Of a stretch of DNA of 32,000 bases, positions 17,379 to 27,474 are shown piece after piece; position 1 is the first letter of the stretch; each line of letters opens with the position of its first letter. Under the pieces are notes generated by a model. It did not search any database and was not told where the DNA came from. It saw nothing but the letters and a program-made list of their open reading frames with translations. The stretch comes from Pasteurella multocida. Lineage in GTDB: Bacteria; Pseudomonadota; Gammaproteobacteria; Enterobacterales; Pasteurellaceae. The stretch is taken from the NCBI RefSeq assembly GCF_900187275.1, contig NZ_LT906458.1, positions 780,001-812,000 on the forward strand, read 5' to 3'. Both the position numbers and the translations under genes were made by a program.

Positions 17379-19094
17379 GTGAAAAAATGCAGTTCATTTT
17401 TAAAAATGTTTATTTTATTACTCAGCTTCATGCCAGCGCTTGTTTATGCACAGCAATGGAAAATTGGTGTTCTGGCACAACGAGGTGTGGCACATACGCA
17501 CGCTACTTGGCAACCTTGGATAGATTGGCTTAACCAACACCTCTCACCTCATCAATTCACCTTAGTTACCTTAGATCTTAACGATCTAATACAAGATCAG
17601 GCGCAAGGCGTCGATTTTATTTTATCCAATCAAGCACAGTTTTTTTATTTAAACAATAATGAAGTACGTTGGCTGGTAACTTTACGTTCACCAAGGCAAA
17701 TTCAATCTTCTACCATGGGCAGAATTGGTAGTGCGATTTTAGTTCGTCAAGACAGCCCATTCCACCAGCTTACTGATTTACGCCACAAAACCGTGAGTGC
17801 AGTAGGTGATAATGCCTTCGGCAGCTTTCTACTGGGCTATAACGAATTCTATCAACAAGGTTTAGTCGAAAATAAAGACTTTCAATTAAAATTTACGGGT
17901 TTCCCTGTGGATAATACCTTGCTACTGCTGCAAGAAAGAAAAGTTGACGCGGCGATTGTGCCGGTGTGTATTTTAGAAGAATTAGTCAACGAAGGTGTGG
18001 TGAAAAAAGAAGATTTTCGACTCTTAGCCGGCAAAGAAAATGTGTTAGGTTGTCTCGCTAGCACGGAATTGCTGCCAAACTGGTCTTTAGCAGCACTTTC
18101 ACAAGTACCAGATAGTCTTGCATCAAAATTGGTCACACTTTTATTAAGTCAAGTGCCTGCACATTTACCACAATGGACACCGCCTTATTCTACCTCACAA
18201 GCCGATACTGTGTTACGAGGATTATACAAACACCCACAACAAAACTTATGGGACAGTACAAAATATTGGCTACAACAATATCAAGGTTGGATTATTTTTG
18301 TTCTCTTATTACTTGTCTTAAATTATCTGTGGATTAGCTTTCAAATTCATCGTAAAAGCAAAGCGTTGCAACAAGCTTATCGAGAAATGCGACACTATGA
18401 ACAGCAATTAGTACAAGCTGATCGGCTAAGCATTTTAGGCGAAATGAGTACAGGCATTGCCCATGAAATTAATCAACCTTTATCCGCCATCCGTATGTAT
18501 GTCGAAGGGGTGAAATACCATTTAGCACAGCTGCCTGCCGAAAAAAATACAGTTGAAATTTTAGATAAGGTATTACAACAAGTTGATCGCAGTGCAGATA
18601 TTATCCGTAATTTAATGAATTGGGCAAAAGGCAAAAAAACACCAAGTTCTGAGTGTGTGGCACTCAAGCCCTTACTACAACGTGTAATCAGCTTTATGTC
18701 TTTACAAACACATCAGAAATCCCAATTAAACTTGAATTGTCCAGCCTCGTTAAAACTCAAAATTGATACGACTTTACTCGAACAAGTTTTGTGTAACTGC
18801 TTGCTTAATGCTTCACAAGCGGGAGCAAGTGAGATCGAGGTGAACGTGAAAGCCGTGGGCGAATACATGACTATTCATATTGTTGATAATGGTTCAGGCT
18901 TCAAAGCTGGCGAACTTGCTTTTCCATTTGTCCCTTTTCGCAGTAGTAAAGCGAATGGGCTAGGTTTAGGTCTGGTACTATGTCAACGATTAATGCGTTC
19001 GATTAATGGTGACATTTCTTTGCATAACCGCCTTGATCAACAAGGAGCGGAAGTGATTTTAAAATTACCAAATAAAGTGGGGGAAACATGTTAA
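17379..19094 (+). CDS. ttrS: Tetrathionate sensor histidine kinase
   Basis: Contains a periplasmic solute-binding-like domain, a TM helix (WIIFVLLLLVLNYLWI), an H-box (GIAHEINQPLSAI) and ATPase motifs (DNGSGF, GLGLGL). The track start GTG 17340 would place the FNR box inside the coding sequence. GTG 17379, with AAGGAAG 5 nt upstream, gives a signal-peptide-like N-terminus (KKCSSFLKMFILLLSFMPALVYA/QQ). The start remains uncertain between 17340, 17379 and 17406. Confidence 0.8.
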   Translation: MKKCSSFLKMFILLLSFMPALVYAQQWKIGVLAQRGVAHTHATWQPWIDWLNQHLSPHQFTLVTLDLNDLIQDQAQGVDFILSNQAQFFYLNNNEVRWLVTLRSPRQIQSSTMGRIGSAILVRQDSPFHQLTDLRHKTVSAVGDNAFGSFLLGYNEFYQQGLVENKDFQLKFTGFPVDNTLLLLQERKVDAAIVPVCILEELVNEGVVKKEDFRLLAGKENVLGCLASTELLPNWSLAALSQVPDSLASKLVTLLLSQVPAHLPQWTPPYSTSQADTVLRGLYKHPQQNLWDSTKYWLQQYQGWIIFVLLLLVLNYLWISFQIHRKSKALQQAYREMRHYEQQLVQADRLSILGEMSTGIAHEINQPLSAIRMYVEGVKYHLAQLPAEKNTVEILDKVLQQVDRSADIIRNLMNWAKGKKTPSSECVALKPLLQRVISFMSLQTHQKSQLNLNCPASLKLKIDTTLLEQVLCNCLLNASQAGASEIEVNVKAVGEYMTIHIVDNGSGFKAGELAFPFVPFRSSKANGLGLGLVLCQRLMRSINGDISLHNRLDQQGAEVILKLPNKVGETC

Positions 19095-19666
19095 TTCATC
19101 TGGTTGATGATGACTTAACCGTTTTGGATGCAGCGCGTTTTTTATTAGAACAAGCTGGCTATCAAGTCCAAACATGGTCAAATAGCCAAGCCTTTGTGAA
19201 TAAAGCACCGCTGTTTGAACCAGGTGTCGTATTACTGGATATGAAAATGTCATTACTTGACGGTCATCAAGTACATCAATTTTTATGCCAACAACAAAGT
19301 ACGCTTGCAGTAGTGATTATGACAGCACATGCCGATGTGCCCATGGCGGTGCAAGAACTCAAACAAGGTGCGGTAGATTTTTTACAAAAACCTGTTCAAT
19401 TTTCGCAATTACAATCTGTATTAAAAACCGCAACACAAACCACGCAATCACATTACGAACGCTATAAGATTCGACATTGTTATGCCCAGTTAAGTCGAAA
19501 AGAATTGGATATTTTGGCATTGTTAATTCAAGGCTGTATTAATCGGCAAATTGCTGAAGCCTTAAATATTTCTGTGCGTACTGTGGAAGTGCATCGCTCA
19601 CATATTATGGAAAAAATGCAAGCGCAAACTATTGCTGAATTGATCTATAAAACCGCTCAACTCTAA
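19088..19666 (+). CDS. ttrR: Tetrathionate response regulator (receiver + LuxR/FixJ-type HTH)
   Basis: 192 aa with a receiver domain (VVLLDMKM) and a C-terminal HTH (LSRKELDILALLIQGCINRQIAEALNISVRTVEVHRSHIMEKM). It overlaps the ttrS stop by 7 nt. Confidence 0.8.
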   Translation: MLIHLVDDDLTVLDAARFLLEQAGYQVQTWSNSQAFVNKAPLFEPGVVLLDMKMSLLDGHQVHQFLCQQQSTLAVVIMTAHADVPMAVQELKQGAVDFLQKPVQFSQLQSVLKTATQTTQSHYERYKIRHCYAQLSRKELDILALLIQGCINRQIAEALNISVRTVEVHRSHIMEKMQAQTIAELIYKTAQL

Positions 19667-19671
19667 CAAAA

Positions 19672-19693
19672 CAGCAGAGGTTTACCTCTGCTG
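19672..19693 (-). terminator. Hairpin terminator between ttrR and dapB
   Basis: 9-bp stem CAGCAGAGG / CCTCTGCTG with loop TTTA. The U-run (TTTTGTT) is on the minus-strand side, so it best fits dapB termination. Confidence 0.65.
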
Positions 19694-19700
19694 AATTCGG

Positions 19701-20540
<840 letters not shown>

Positions 20541-20567
20541 CTATATGAAATGACCACCACAATGGCA

Positions 20568-21209
20568 TCATTTCGAGATAAGTGGGGTCATTTCCCCGAT
20601 ACCACTATACATTAAATACACACCAAACAGCAGAAAAATCACGCCTGAAAGATGATCAATATATCGACTATATTGACTATAAAACTGCTTTGCCTGTTGA
20701 CGTGAAAAAACAATTGAAATGGCATAAAAATACAAGAAAGTTTCTAATACAATGATCAAAAGTGCGCTCCAGATCTGCCATGTTTGGGTTAAATTAACTA
20801 AAACCAAAGACATCACACTAGCAAAGTAAATCACCGCCTTAGCATTAGATAAATTCACTAAAAGCCCTTTGGTGATTTCTTTTTTGATGCTGGTCTGTTT
20901 ATTTTGTTCTTGTTCAGAAACTGGCTCGAAAACCACATTTTGTTGACTTTTTAACATAAGGTAACCCAAGTAAGCTAAATACCCACCGCCTAAAGTCATG
21001 ACTAATCCCTGTAAAACAGGAACCGTATTAAATAATATGGCTAAACCTAAAATAGAGGCTAATGCCCAAAACAACACCCCTAACGTAATACCAATCACGG
21101 CACAAAGTGCATTACGACGTGAATTACTGGCAGCTAATCGACTGACATAAAAAAAGTCGGGTCCTGGCGTGATTAAACCGAAAAAATGTACAATAATAAG
21201 ATTTAACAT
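20568..21209 (-). CDS. LysE/RhtB-family amino-acid exporter
   Basis: About 213 aa and six-TM-like, with the family-typical ITPGPD motif near the N-terminus. I prefer ATG 21209, preceded by AGGA, to the track's GTG 21212. Confidence 0.75.
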   Translation of the reverse strand: MLNLIIVHFFGLITPGPDFFYVSRLAASNSRRNALCAVIGITLGVLFWALASILGLAILFNTVPVLQGLVMTLGGGYLAYLGYLMLKSQQNVVFEPVSEQEQNKQTSIKKEITKGLLVNLSNAKAVIYFASVMSLVLVNLTQTWQIWSALLIIVLETFLYFYAISIVFSRQQAKQFYSQYSRYIDHLSGVIFLLFGVYLMYSGIGEMTPLISK

Positions 21210-21217
21210 CACTTATC

Positions 21218-21703
21218 CTAAAACCAGAGACGTAAAATAAAAATCACCAATACTGCATAAATTGCCGCAAGTATATCATCTAACATAATGCCAAACCCGC
21301 TTTCTAATTTATGATCAAAATAGCGTATTGGATAAGGTTTGAGAATATCAAAGAAACGAAACAGAACAAACGCAGTCAGACACCAGAAAGGCGATAAGTT
21401 GGGAAGTGAGAGCAAGACAACGAAAATCCCCACAATTTCATCCCAAACAATCGCCCCATGATCATGCACTCCCATGTCTTCTGCGGTTTTCTGGCAAAGA
21501 TAACACCCTAGAGCAAAACAAAGTGCGGTGAAAAGAAAGAAAAAACTGAGGTTCAAGTACTGTAATAATCCCCACCCAAGCATTAAACCAACCATACTCC
21601 CCCATGTTCCCGGTGCAGGACGAATCAACCCGGCGCCAAAGCCGAGGGCGAGAAAATGAATGGGATTGCTTAATTTAAGCTGTTGAAGCGGGGTTTTTAG
21701 CAT
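21218..21703 (-). CDS. pgpA: Phosphatidylglycerophosphatase A
   Basis: 161-aa membrane protein with the GFGAGL..PGTWGS motif, located downstream of thiL as in E. coli. Confidence 0.9.
   Translation of the reverse strand: MLKTPLQQLKLSNPIHFLALGFGAGLIRPAPGTWGSMVGLMLGWGLLQYLNLSFFFLFTALCFALGCYLCQKTAEDMGVHDHGAIVWDEIVGIFVVLLSLPNLSPFWCLTAFVLFRFFDILKPYPIRYFDHKLESGFGIMLDDILAAIYAVLVIFILRLWF
21521..21529 (+). repeat. Uptake signal sequence core (Hin-type USS)
   Basis: Exact AAGTGCGGT, inside pgpA. Confidence 0.8.
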
Positions 21704-21712
21704 AAGCTCATC

Positions 21713-22705
21713 TTATTTGAAATGATCAAAACCCGATTGAATAGTGATATCAATCGGATTTCCATCGCGTTGAAATTTGATACGTTTTTTATTCTGTGGA
21801 CTAATCGCGCGAACTTGTCCAACACAAGTATAATCCACGCCGATATAAGCTAACGCACGCTCTAATTTCGCTTTATTACTGTCGGGTACCGTAAAACAAA
21901 GCTCATAATCCTCACCACCACTTAACGCAAAGGTCTCTGCTTGTTCGACACCAAAAACATTCACTAAAGAAGAAGAAAGCGGTAATTTATCCAACTCAAT
22001 CACCGCACCACATTGGCTACGTGTAAGAATATGATCTAAATCGGCCAAAAAACCATCTGAGATATCAATTGCCGCATTGGCTAAAGAAGAGACAGCTAAT
22101 TCTAAACCGAGTAAAACACGCGGTGTAGGACGAAGATGACGTTGGATAAGAAATTCATGATCGGAGTTAAGTGGTGTCTGCTGACTTAACAATAACGATA
22201 AACCGGCTGCACTGTCACCTAAGGTACCAGAAACATAGATCCAATCCCCCACGCTCGCACTATGACGACATAAACCTTTTCCTTTCGGAATAATGCCATG
22301 TGCGGTTATCGTCACAGACAAGGGACCTTTCGTGGTATCTCCACCGATTAAATCCACATTATAGTGATCTAACACATCAAAAAAACTTTGACTAAAATCA
22401 CTTAACCACTGAGCATCGACATCGGGTAAAGTTAACGCCAACGAAACCCAAGCCGGCTCAGCGCCCATGGCAGCAAGATCACTTAAATTCGTGACAGCGG
22501 CTTTATAAGCTAAATCTGCTGCATGCATACTCGGTAGAAAATGTGTATTTTCTACCATAGTATCGGTTGTAATGACTAAACGTTGATTTTGACGTAATTC
22601 TGTAATGGCACAATCGTCCCCAATAGACAAAATCACATCTTTACGCGCGGTGCGTTTTGACGCGGTGAAATAACGTTGAATTATGTCAAATTCGCCATGA
22701 CTCAT
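21713..22705 (-). CDS. thiL: Thiamine-monophosphate kinase
   Basis: 330 aa with an N-terminus (GEFDIIQRYF...IGDDCA...TTDTMVENTHF) typical of ThiL/AIR-synthase-related proteins. It sits in the nusB-thiL-pgpA context. Confidence 0.92.
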   Translation of the reverse strand: MSHGEFDIIQRYFTASKRTARKDVILSIGDDCAITELRQNQRLVITTDTMVENTHFLPSMHAADLAYKAAVTNLSDLAAMGAEPAWVSLALTLPDVDAQWLSDFSQSFFDVLDHYNVDLIGGDTTKGPLSVTITAHGIIPKGKGLCRHSASVGDWIYVSGTLGDSAAGLSLLLSQQTPLNSDHEFLIQRHLRPTPRVLLGLELAVSSLANAAIDISDGFLADLDHILTRSQCGAVIELDKLPLSSSLVNVFGVEQAETFALSGGEDYELCFTVPDSNKAKLERALAYIGVDYTCVGQVRAISPQNKKRIKFQRDGNPIDITIQSGFDHFK

Positions 22706-22721
22706 TCTTCACCTATGCTAC

Positions 22722-23156
22722 TTATTTGCGTGATAACACCGGTGCGACTTTATCTAATACGCCATTGACATATTTATGACTGTCTTCTGCACCAAATACT
22801 TTTGCCACTTCAATTGCTTCATTAATAACAACCTTATAGGGCACGTCTAATTCAAATTTAAGCTCATAGACCGCAAGGCGTAAAATGGCTTTTTCAATCG
22901 GATCAAGTTCACTGACCTCACGATCCAAATACGGCATCATAATATTATCTACTGCATCGACATTTTCTGCGGTTTGGCGGAAAAGGCGACGGAAATAAGC
23001 TGTATCGACACCTTTTAAATCCTGTTCTGCCATAAAATTAAGCTCAATTTCCGCAGGGGAATTTTGTGACACATACCAAGAATATAACGCTTGTACTGCA
23101 CATTCTCTCGCACGACGACGTGGCGAGATTTTTTTCTCATGTTTTTGTTCTGTCAT
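22722..23156 (-). CDS. nusB: Transcription antitermination factor NusB
   Basis: 144 aa ([15 protein letters not shown]...). It sits in the ribH-nusB context. Confidence 0.95.
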   Translation of the reverse strand: MTEQKHEKKISPRRRARECAVQALYSWYVSQNSPAEIELNFMAEQDLKGVDTAYFRRLFRQTAENVDAVDNIMMPYLDREVSELDPIEKAILRLAVYELKFELDVPYKVVINEAIEVAKVFGAEDSHKYVNGVLDKVAPVLSRK

Positions 23157-23161
23157 CTGAA

Positions 23162-23635
23162 TTACGCCGCGTCAATTTGCGCTAATAAATTTACCATTTC
23201 TAAAGCAACTAACGCAGCTTCCGCCCCTTTATTCCCCGCTTTGGTGCCAGCTCGCTCAATTGCTTGCTCAATGTTCTCTGTGGTTAATACACCAAACGCA
23301 ACGGGAATATCTGCATTCATTGCTACTTGACCTAATCCACTGCTAGCCTCACCCGCCACATACTCAAAATGCGCGGTGCCACCACGAATAACGGTTCCTA
23401 ATGCTACAATCCCATCGTATTTTTTACTTTCTGCTAAACGGCGAGCCACTAACGGTAATTCATACGCGCCCGGCACACGAACTAACGTAATATTTTCTTC
23501 TTTGACTTGTCCGAGACGTTTTAACGCATCTAATGCACCTTCAAGTAAACTTTCATTAATAAAGCTATTAAAGCGCGCAATCACGACCGCAATTTTGGCA
23601 TTTGGCGCTGCCACGGCACCTTCTAATACTTTCAT
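23162..23635 (-). CDS. ribH: 6,7-dimethyl-8-ribityllumazine synthase
   Basis: 157 aa ([20 protein letters not shown]...[12 protein letters not shown]). Confidence 0.95.
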   Translation of the reverse strand: MKVLEGAVAAPNAKIAVVIARFNSFINESLLEGALDALKRLGQVKEENITLVRVPGAYELPLVARRLAESKKYDGIVALGTVIRGGTAHFEYVAGEASSGLGQVAMNADIPVAFGVLTTENIEQAIERAGTKAGNKGAEAALVALEMVNLLAQIDAA

Positions 23636-23749
23636 ATTCTTTCCTAATCTAAAATTAATGGGTAAAATCGGTTGCGAATTTTAGCATAAAATTTTTCTTC
23701 GTTCAGTAGTTATCTTTCTATTGAGTGTCATCCTATTTAAACAAGCAGC

Positions 23750-23786
23750 TGTAAAATAATAATAACACTGTAAAAAAATGGTTACA
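23750..23786. promoter_or_regulatory. Two adjacent TyrR boxes
   Basis: TGTAAAataataATAACA (23750-23767, weak) and TGTAAAaaaatgGTTACA (23769-23786, 11/12 match to TGTAAA-N6-TTTACA) are separated by 1 bp. The second box overlaps the -35 of the tyrP promoter. Confidence 0.7.
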
Positions 23787-23810
23787 TTCAGTGTTTTTTT
23801 CCGTTAGAAT
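23782..23810 (+). promoter_or_regulatory. Candidate sigma70 promoter of tyrP
   Basis: TTACAT (23782-23787), a 17-nt spacer, then TAGAAT (23805-23810), about 40 nt upstream of ATG 23850. Confidence 0.6.
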
Positions 23811-23849
23811 GCGGTTTGCTTATTCATTTACGTTTTTTGAGAGTAATTT

Positions 23850-25061
23850 ATGAAAAATAAAACCTTTGGAAGCGCATTATTAGTTGCGGGAACCACCATC
23901 GGTGCCGGCATGCTTGCTATGCCATTAACCTCGGCCGAAATGGGCTTTACTTACACGTTAATTCTATTATTTATCCTATGGGGACTGCTCTCTTATAGTG
24001 CGTTACTTTTTGTTGAAGTTTACCAAAAAGCAGAAACCAAAAATGCCGGAATCGCTACCCTTGCGGAACAATATTTTGGCTTACCGGGACGTATTTTAGC
24101 TACCTTGTCACTTGTCGTTTTTATGTACGCGATTTTATCAGCTTATGTCACAGGGGGCGGTTCACTTTTAGCCGGTGTCCTTCCTTTTTTAGGTGAGCAT
24201 GCCACACCAATTTCTATCGTTTCTTTCACGATTGTCCTTGGGGTATTTATTGTGATCAGTACAGGCGCAGTAGATATGCTCACACGCTTCCTATTTATGA
24301 TTAAGTTAGTGGCTTTTGTGTTTGTCTTATTGATGATGTTACCTTTGGTCAATGGCGATAACTTACTGGCAATGCCATTAAAAGATTTTTTAATTATTTC
24401 TGCCAGTCCCGTATTTTTTACCTCTTTTGGTTTCCATGTCATCATTCCAAGTATTAACAGCTATTTAGACGGCAATATTCGTCGTTTACGTATTGCAATT
24501 ATTACGGGGACAGCGATTCCTTTAGTGGCTTACATTATTTGGCAATTAGCCACTCATGGTGTTTTCCCACAAGCCCAGTTCGTACAAATTTTAAATACTG
24601 ACCCTACTTTAAATGGTTTAATCACGGCAACTTACCAAGCCACAGAAAGCGCTATTATCAGCCATGCGATGCGTTTATTCTTTACCTTAGCACTGATTAC
24701 TTCTTTCTTAGGTGTCGCGTTATCTTTATTCGATTGTTTATACGATTTACTTAAACGAGTAAAAATCAAAACAAACCGTGTGTCGCTAGGTTTACTTACC
24801 TTCTTACCCCCATTAATTTTTGCGTTGTTCTACCCTGAGGGTTTTGTCATGGCATTAGGTTATGCGGGGCAAATGTTTACCTTTTACGGTTTAGTATTAC
24901 CTGTTGGCATGGCATGGCGTGCTAGAAAACGTTATCCGGATCTACCATATCGTGTCATGGGAGGCAACCTTACCTTATTCGGTGCCTTAATCTTAGGTAT
25001 CTTGATTATGAATGTGCCTTTCTTAATCAAAGCTGGTTATCTCCCTGCTGTTATTGGTTAA
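23850..25061 (+). CDS. tyrP: Tyrosine-specific transporter (HAAAP family)
   Basis: 403 aa. The N-terminus MKNKTFGSALLVAGTTIGAGMLAMPL and later blocks (FTSFGFH, IPLVAYIIWQ, ITSFLGVALSLFD, GFVMALGYAG) are colinear with E. coli TyrP as I recall it. Confidence 0.85.
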   Translation: MKNKTFGSALLVAGTTIGAGMLAMPLTSAEMGFTYTLILLFILWGLLSYSALLFVEVYQKAETKNAGIATLAEQYFGLPGRILATLSLVVFMYAILSAYVTGGGSLLAGVLPFLGEHATPISIVSFTIVLGVFIVISTGAVDMLTRFLFMIKLVAFVFVLLMMLPLVNGDNLLAMPLKDFLIISASPVFFTSFGFHVIIPSINSYLDGNIRRLRIAIITGTAIPLVAYIIWQLATHGVFPQAQFVQILNTDPTLNGLITATYQATESAIISHAMRLFFTLALITSFLGVALSLFDCLYDLLKRVKIKTNRVSLGLLTFLPPLIFALFYPEGFVMALGYAGQMFTFYGLVLPVGMAWRARKRYPDLPYRVMGGNLTLFGALILGILIMNVPFLIKAGYLPAVIG

Positions 25062-25085
25062 TTCACATAAGCAATCACATAAGTG

Positions 25086-25112
25086 AAAGGCGAACCATTG
25101 AGGTTCGCCTTT
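25086..25112. terminator. Hairpin terminator between convergent tyrP and the nitroreductase gene
   Basis: 11-bp perfect stem AAAGGCGAACC / GGTTCGCCTTT with a 5-nt loop, followed on the + strand by TACTTTATTT. Confidence 0.75.
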
Positions 25113-25116
25113 TACT

Positions 25117-25779
25117 TTATTTCAACCAAGTTGTTATTTCCGTTAAAGGCTTACGTGATTTTGCTTTGACTTCTTTCGCTCGATAACCAAATGTTACCGC
25201 GACAGACACACCATATTCATTCGGATCAAATGCACCGGTTTGACTCAATAATTGATTCACTGCGCAATAATCAAACCCTTCGACAGGACAAGAATCAATA
25301 CCTATCATTGCTGCCCCTGTCATCATGTTGGCGAGGGCAATATAGGTTTGTTTACACGCCCAATCAAATAAAGTCCGCTCATTGTCTAATACTTGAATAT
25401 CATCACGCTGAAAACGTTCATAAATGGCAAGGGCTTTTTGCATCTGTGTTTCTGTTAATCCACGTTTAGCGAGAATATCGTGGAAATAAGGCGAATCATA
25501 GCGGGCATTCTTTTTCGCTAAAATAAAGACAAGGTAACTGGCGTCGTCTAATTGCGTTTGCATTCCCCAACTGACTGCTTTTAATTGCTCACGTAACTGA
25601 CGATCTTGTACTACCAGAAAATGCCACGGTTCTGATCCAACGGAACTTGGCGATAAACGGCCTAATTCAAGAATATAGTGAAAATCCTCTTCGCTGACTT
25701 TTTTATTTGGATCATAACGGCGTATTGCACTACGGAAATGAAACGCACTCAGGACTTGTTGTTTCGTGTGTTGGCTCAT
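25117..25779 (-). CDS. NAD(P)H nitroreductase family protein (NfsB/NfnB-like)
   Basis: 220 aa with nitroreductase-fold motifs (RRSIRRY-like SAIRRYD, SPSSVGSEPWHF, IDSCPVEGF). GGAG lies upstream of the ATG. Confidence 0.8.
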   Translation of the reverse strand: MSQHTKQQVLSAFHFRSAIRRYDPNKKVSEEDFHYILELGRLSPSSVGSEPWHFLVVQDRQLREQLKAVSWGMQTQLDDASYLVFILAKKNARYDSPYFHDILAKRGLTETQMQKALAIYERFQRDDIQVLDNERTLFDWACKQTYIALANMMTGAAMIGIDSCPVEGFDYCAVNQLLSQTGAFDPNEYGVSVAVTFGYRAKEVKAKSRKPLTEITTWLK

Positions 25780-25912
25780 GACATGACTCCTTAATCAATA
25801 ACCAAGAAAAACGTACTCGGATAGCACGCTAACAAGAAAAATCACAACTATCATAACATGCTTCTCCTTATCCTGCCGCAATCTTGCCTAAGTTAAAATT
25901 TTTCAGTTCGTC

Positions 25913-25939
25913 GAACATTTCCTCATTTTCTTTGTCTTA
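25913..25939 (+). promoter_or_regulatory. SigmaE-type promoter candidate for htrA
   Basis: GAACAT (25913-25918), a 16-nt spacer, then TCTTA (25935-25939). The rpoE-type consensus is GAACTT-16-TCTGA/TCAAA. Confidence 0.4.
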
Positions 25940-26000
25940 TGTGATACCTAAATCATTCGACTCGGTTTAGTGTGTTTGAAATTTATTGGAGAAAATAACA

Positions 26001-27380
26001 ATGAAAAAAAGACGTTTTCTATTAACAAGTATTGCACTCGGATTAAGCATTTTATCGACGCCGATGATAAGTCAAGCGTCCTTACCAACTCATGTTGACG
26101 GTCAGCAAGTACCTAGCCTCGCCCCCATGTTAGAAAAAGTCTTACCTGCGGTGGTTTCCATTTCTGTGGAAGGAAAAGCCAAGAATCATGGTGGTGTACC
26201 ATTTCAGGGGATTCCTGAAGAATTTCGCTTTTTCTTTGGTCCTGATGTTTTCAATGATCGTGCCCCACGTAATTTCCGTGGTATCGGTTCAGGCGTCATC
26301 ATTAACGCTGAAAAAGGTTATGTGTTAACGAATAATCACGTCATTGATAGTGCAGATAAAATCACCGTGCAGTTACAAGATGGTCGAGAGTTAAGCGCAA
26401 AAGTGATTGGTACTGATGAATTATCTGATGTTGCACTGATTCAAATTGAAAAACCCAAAAATTTGACCGCACTAACGATTGCTGATTCCGATAAACTCCG
26501 CGTTGGCGATTTTACTGTAGCTATTGGTAATCCTTTTGGCTTGGGACAAACCGTGACATCTGGTATCGTCTCTGCCTTAGGTCGTTCAACGGGTTCAGAT
26601 AACGGTACGTATGAAAACTATATCCAAACTGATGCCGCAGTAAACCGCGGAAATTCAGGAGGTCCTTTAATCAACCTACAAGGAGAGCTAATTGGTATTA
26701 ATACTGCAATTATTTCACCAAGTGGGGGAAATGCCGGCATTGCTTTTGCAATTCCAAGTAATATGGCAAATAACTTAGTACAACAAATTTTAGAATTCGG
26801 TGAAGTACGTCGTGGCATGCTAGGCATTAAAGGCGGTGAGCTCAACGCGGATCTGGCGAAAGCTTTTGATATTGAAGCTCAACAAGGGGCATTTGTAAGT
26901 GAAGTCTTGCCTAATTCTGCAGCAGAAAAAGCCGGTTTAAAAGCAGGTGATGTCATTGTCGCGATGAATGGTCAGAAAATTTCCAGTTTTGCTGAAATGC
27001 GAGCGAAGATCGCGACATCTGGTGCTGGGAAAGAAATTGCTCTCACCTATTTACGCGACGGTAAAACACATCAAACAAAAGTCACATTACAATCAGATGA
27101 TCAGACTCAAGCCGATGCAAGTCACTTATTACCGGCATTAGCTGGGGCTGAGATGAGCAATCATGATGATAAAGGCGTCAAAGGCGTACTCATCACGAGT
27201 GTGACCCCTAAATCGCTTGCAGAACAACGTGGTTTGAAAAAGGGCGATGTCATTATTGGAGTGAACCGTCAAAAAGTAGAAAATTTAGGTCAACTGCGTA
27301 AAATTTTAGATGCAAAACCTTCGGCGATTGCTCTAAATATTGTGCGTGGCAATACGAATTTCTATCTTCTTATTCAATAA
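26001..27380 (+). CDS. htrA: Periplasmic serine endoprotease, Do/DegQ/HtrA family (two PDZ domains)
   Basis: Start at ATG 26001, after GGAG; the track's TTG 25986 is less likely. It has a signal peptide, catalytic His/Asp/Ser contexts (TNNHVI, DVALI, GNSGGPL) and two PDZ-like C-terminal repeats. Confidence 0.92.
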   Translation: MKKRRFLLTSIALGLSILSTPMISQASLPTHVDGQQVPSLAPMLEKVLPAVVSISVEGKAKNHGGVPFQGIPEEFRFFFGPDVFNDRAPRNFRGIGSGVIINAEKGYVLTNNHVIDSADKITVQLQDGRELSAKVIGTDELSDVALIQIEKPKNLTALTIADSDKLRVGDFTVAIGNPFGLGQTVTSGIVSALGRSTGSDNGTYENYIQTDAAVNRGNSGGPLINLQGELIGINTAIISPSGGNAGIAFAIPSNMANNLVQQILEFGEVRRGMLGIKGGELNADLAKAFDIEAQQGAFVSEVLPNSAAEKAGLKAGDVIVAMNGQKISSFAEMRAKIATSGAGKEIALTYLRDGKTHQTKVTLQSDDQTQADASHLLPALAGAEMSNHDDKGVKGVLITSVTPKSLAEQRGLKKGDVIIGVNRQKVENLGQLRKILDAKPSAIALNIVRGNTNFYLLIQ

Positions 27381-27400
27381 CTCCAGTACAAAATAAATCA

Positions 27401-27430
27401 GGGGATACACAATGTATCCCCTCTATTTTT
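27401..27430 (+). terminator. Rho-independent terminator after htrA
   Basis: 9-bp stem GGGGATACA / TGTATCCCC with a 3-nt loop, followed by TCTATTTTT. Confidence 0.8.
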
Positions 27431-27455
27431 AGCGTGCGAAAAAACGAAAAAAGTC

Positions 27456-27464
27456 ACCGCACTT
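27456..27464 (-). repeat. Uptake signal sequence core (Hin-type USS)
   Basis: Exact ACCGCACTT on the + strand, intergenic. Confidence 0.8.
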
Positions 27465-27474
27465 TTACCAATAA

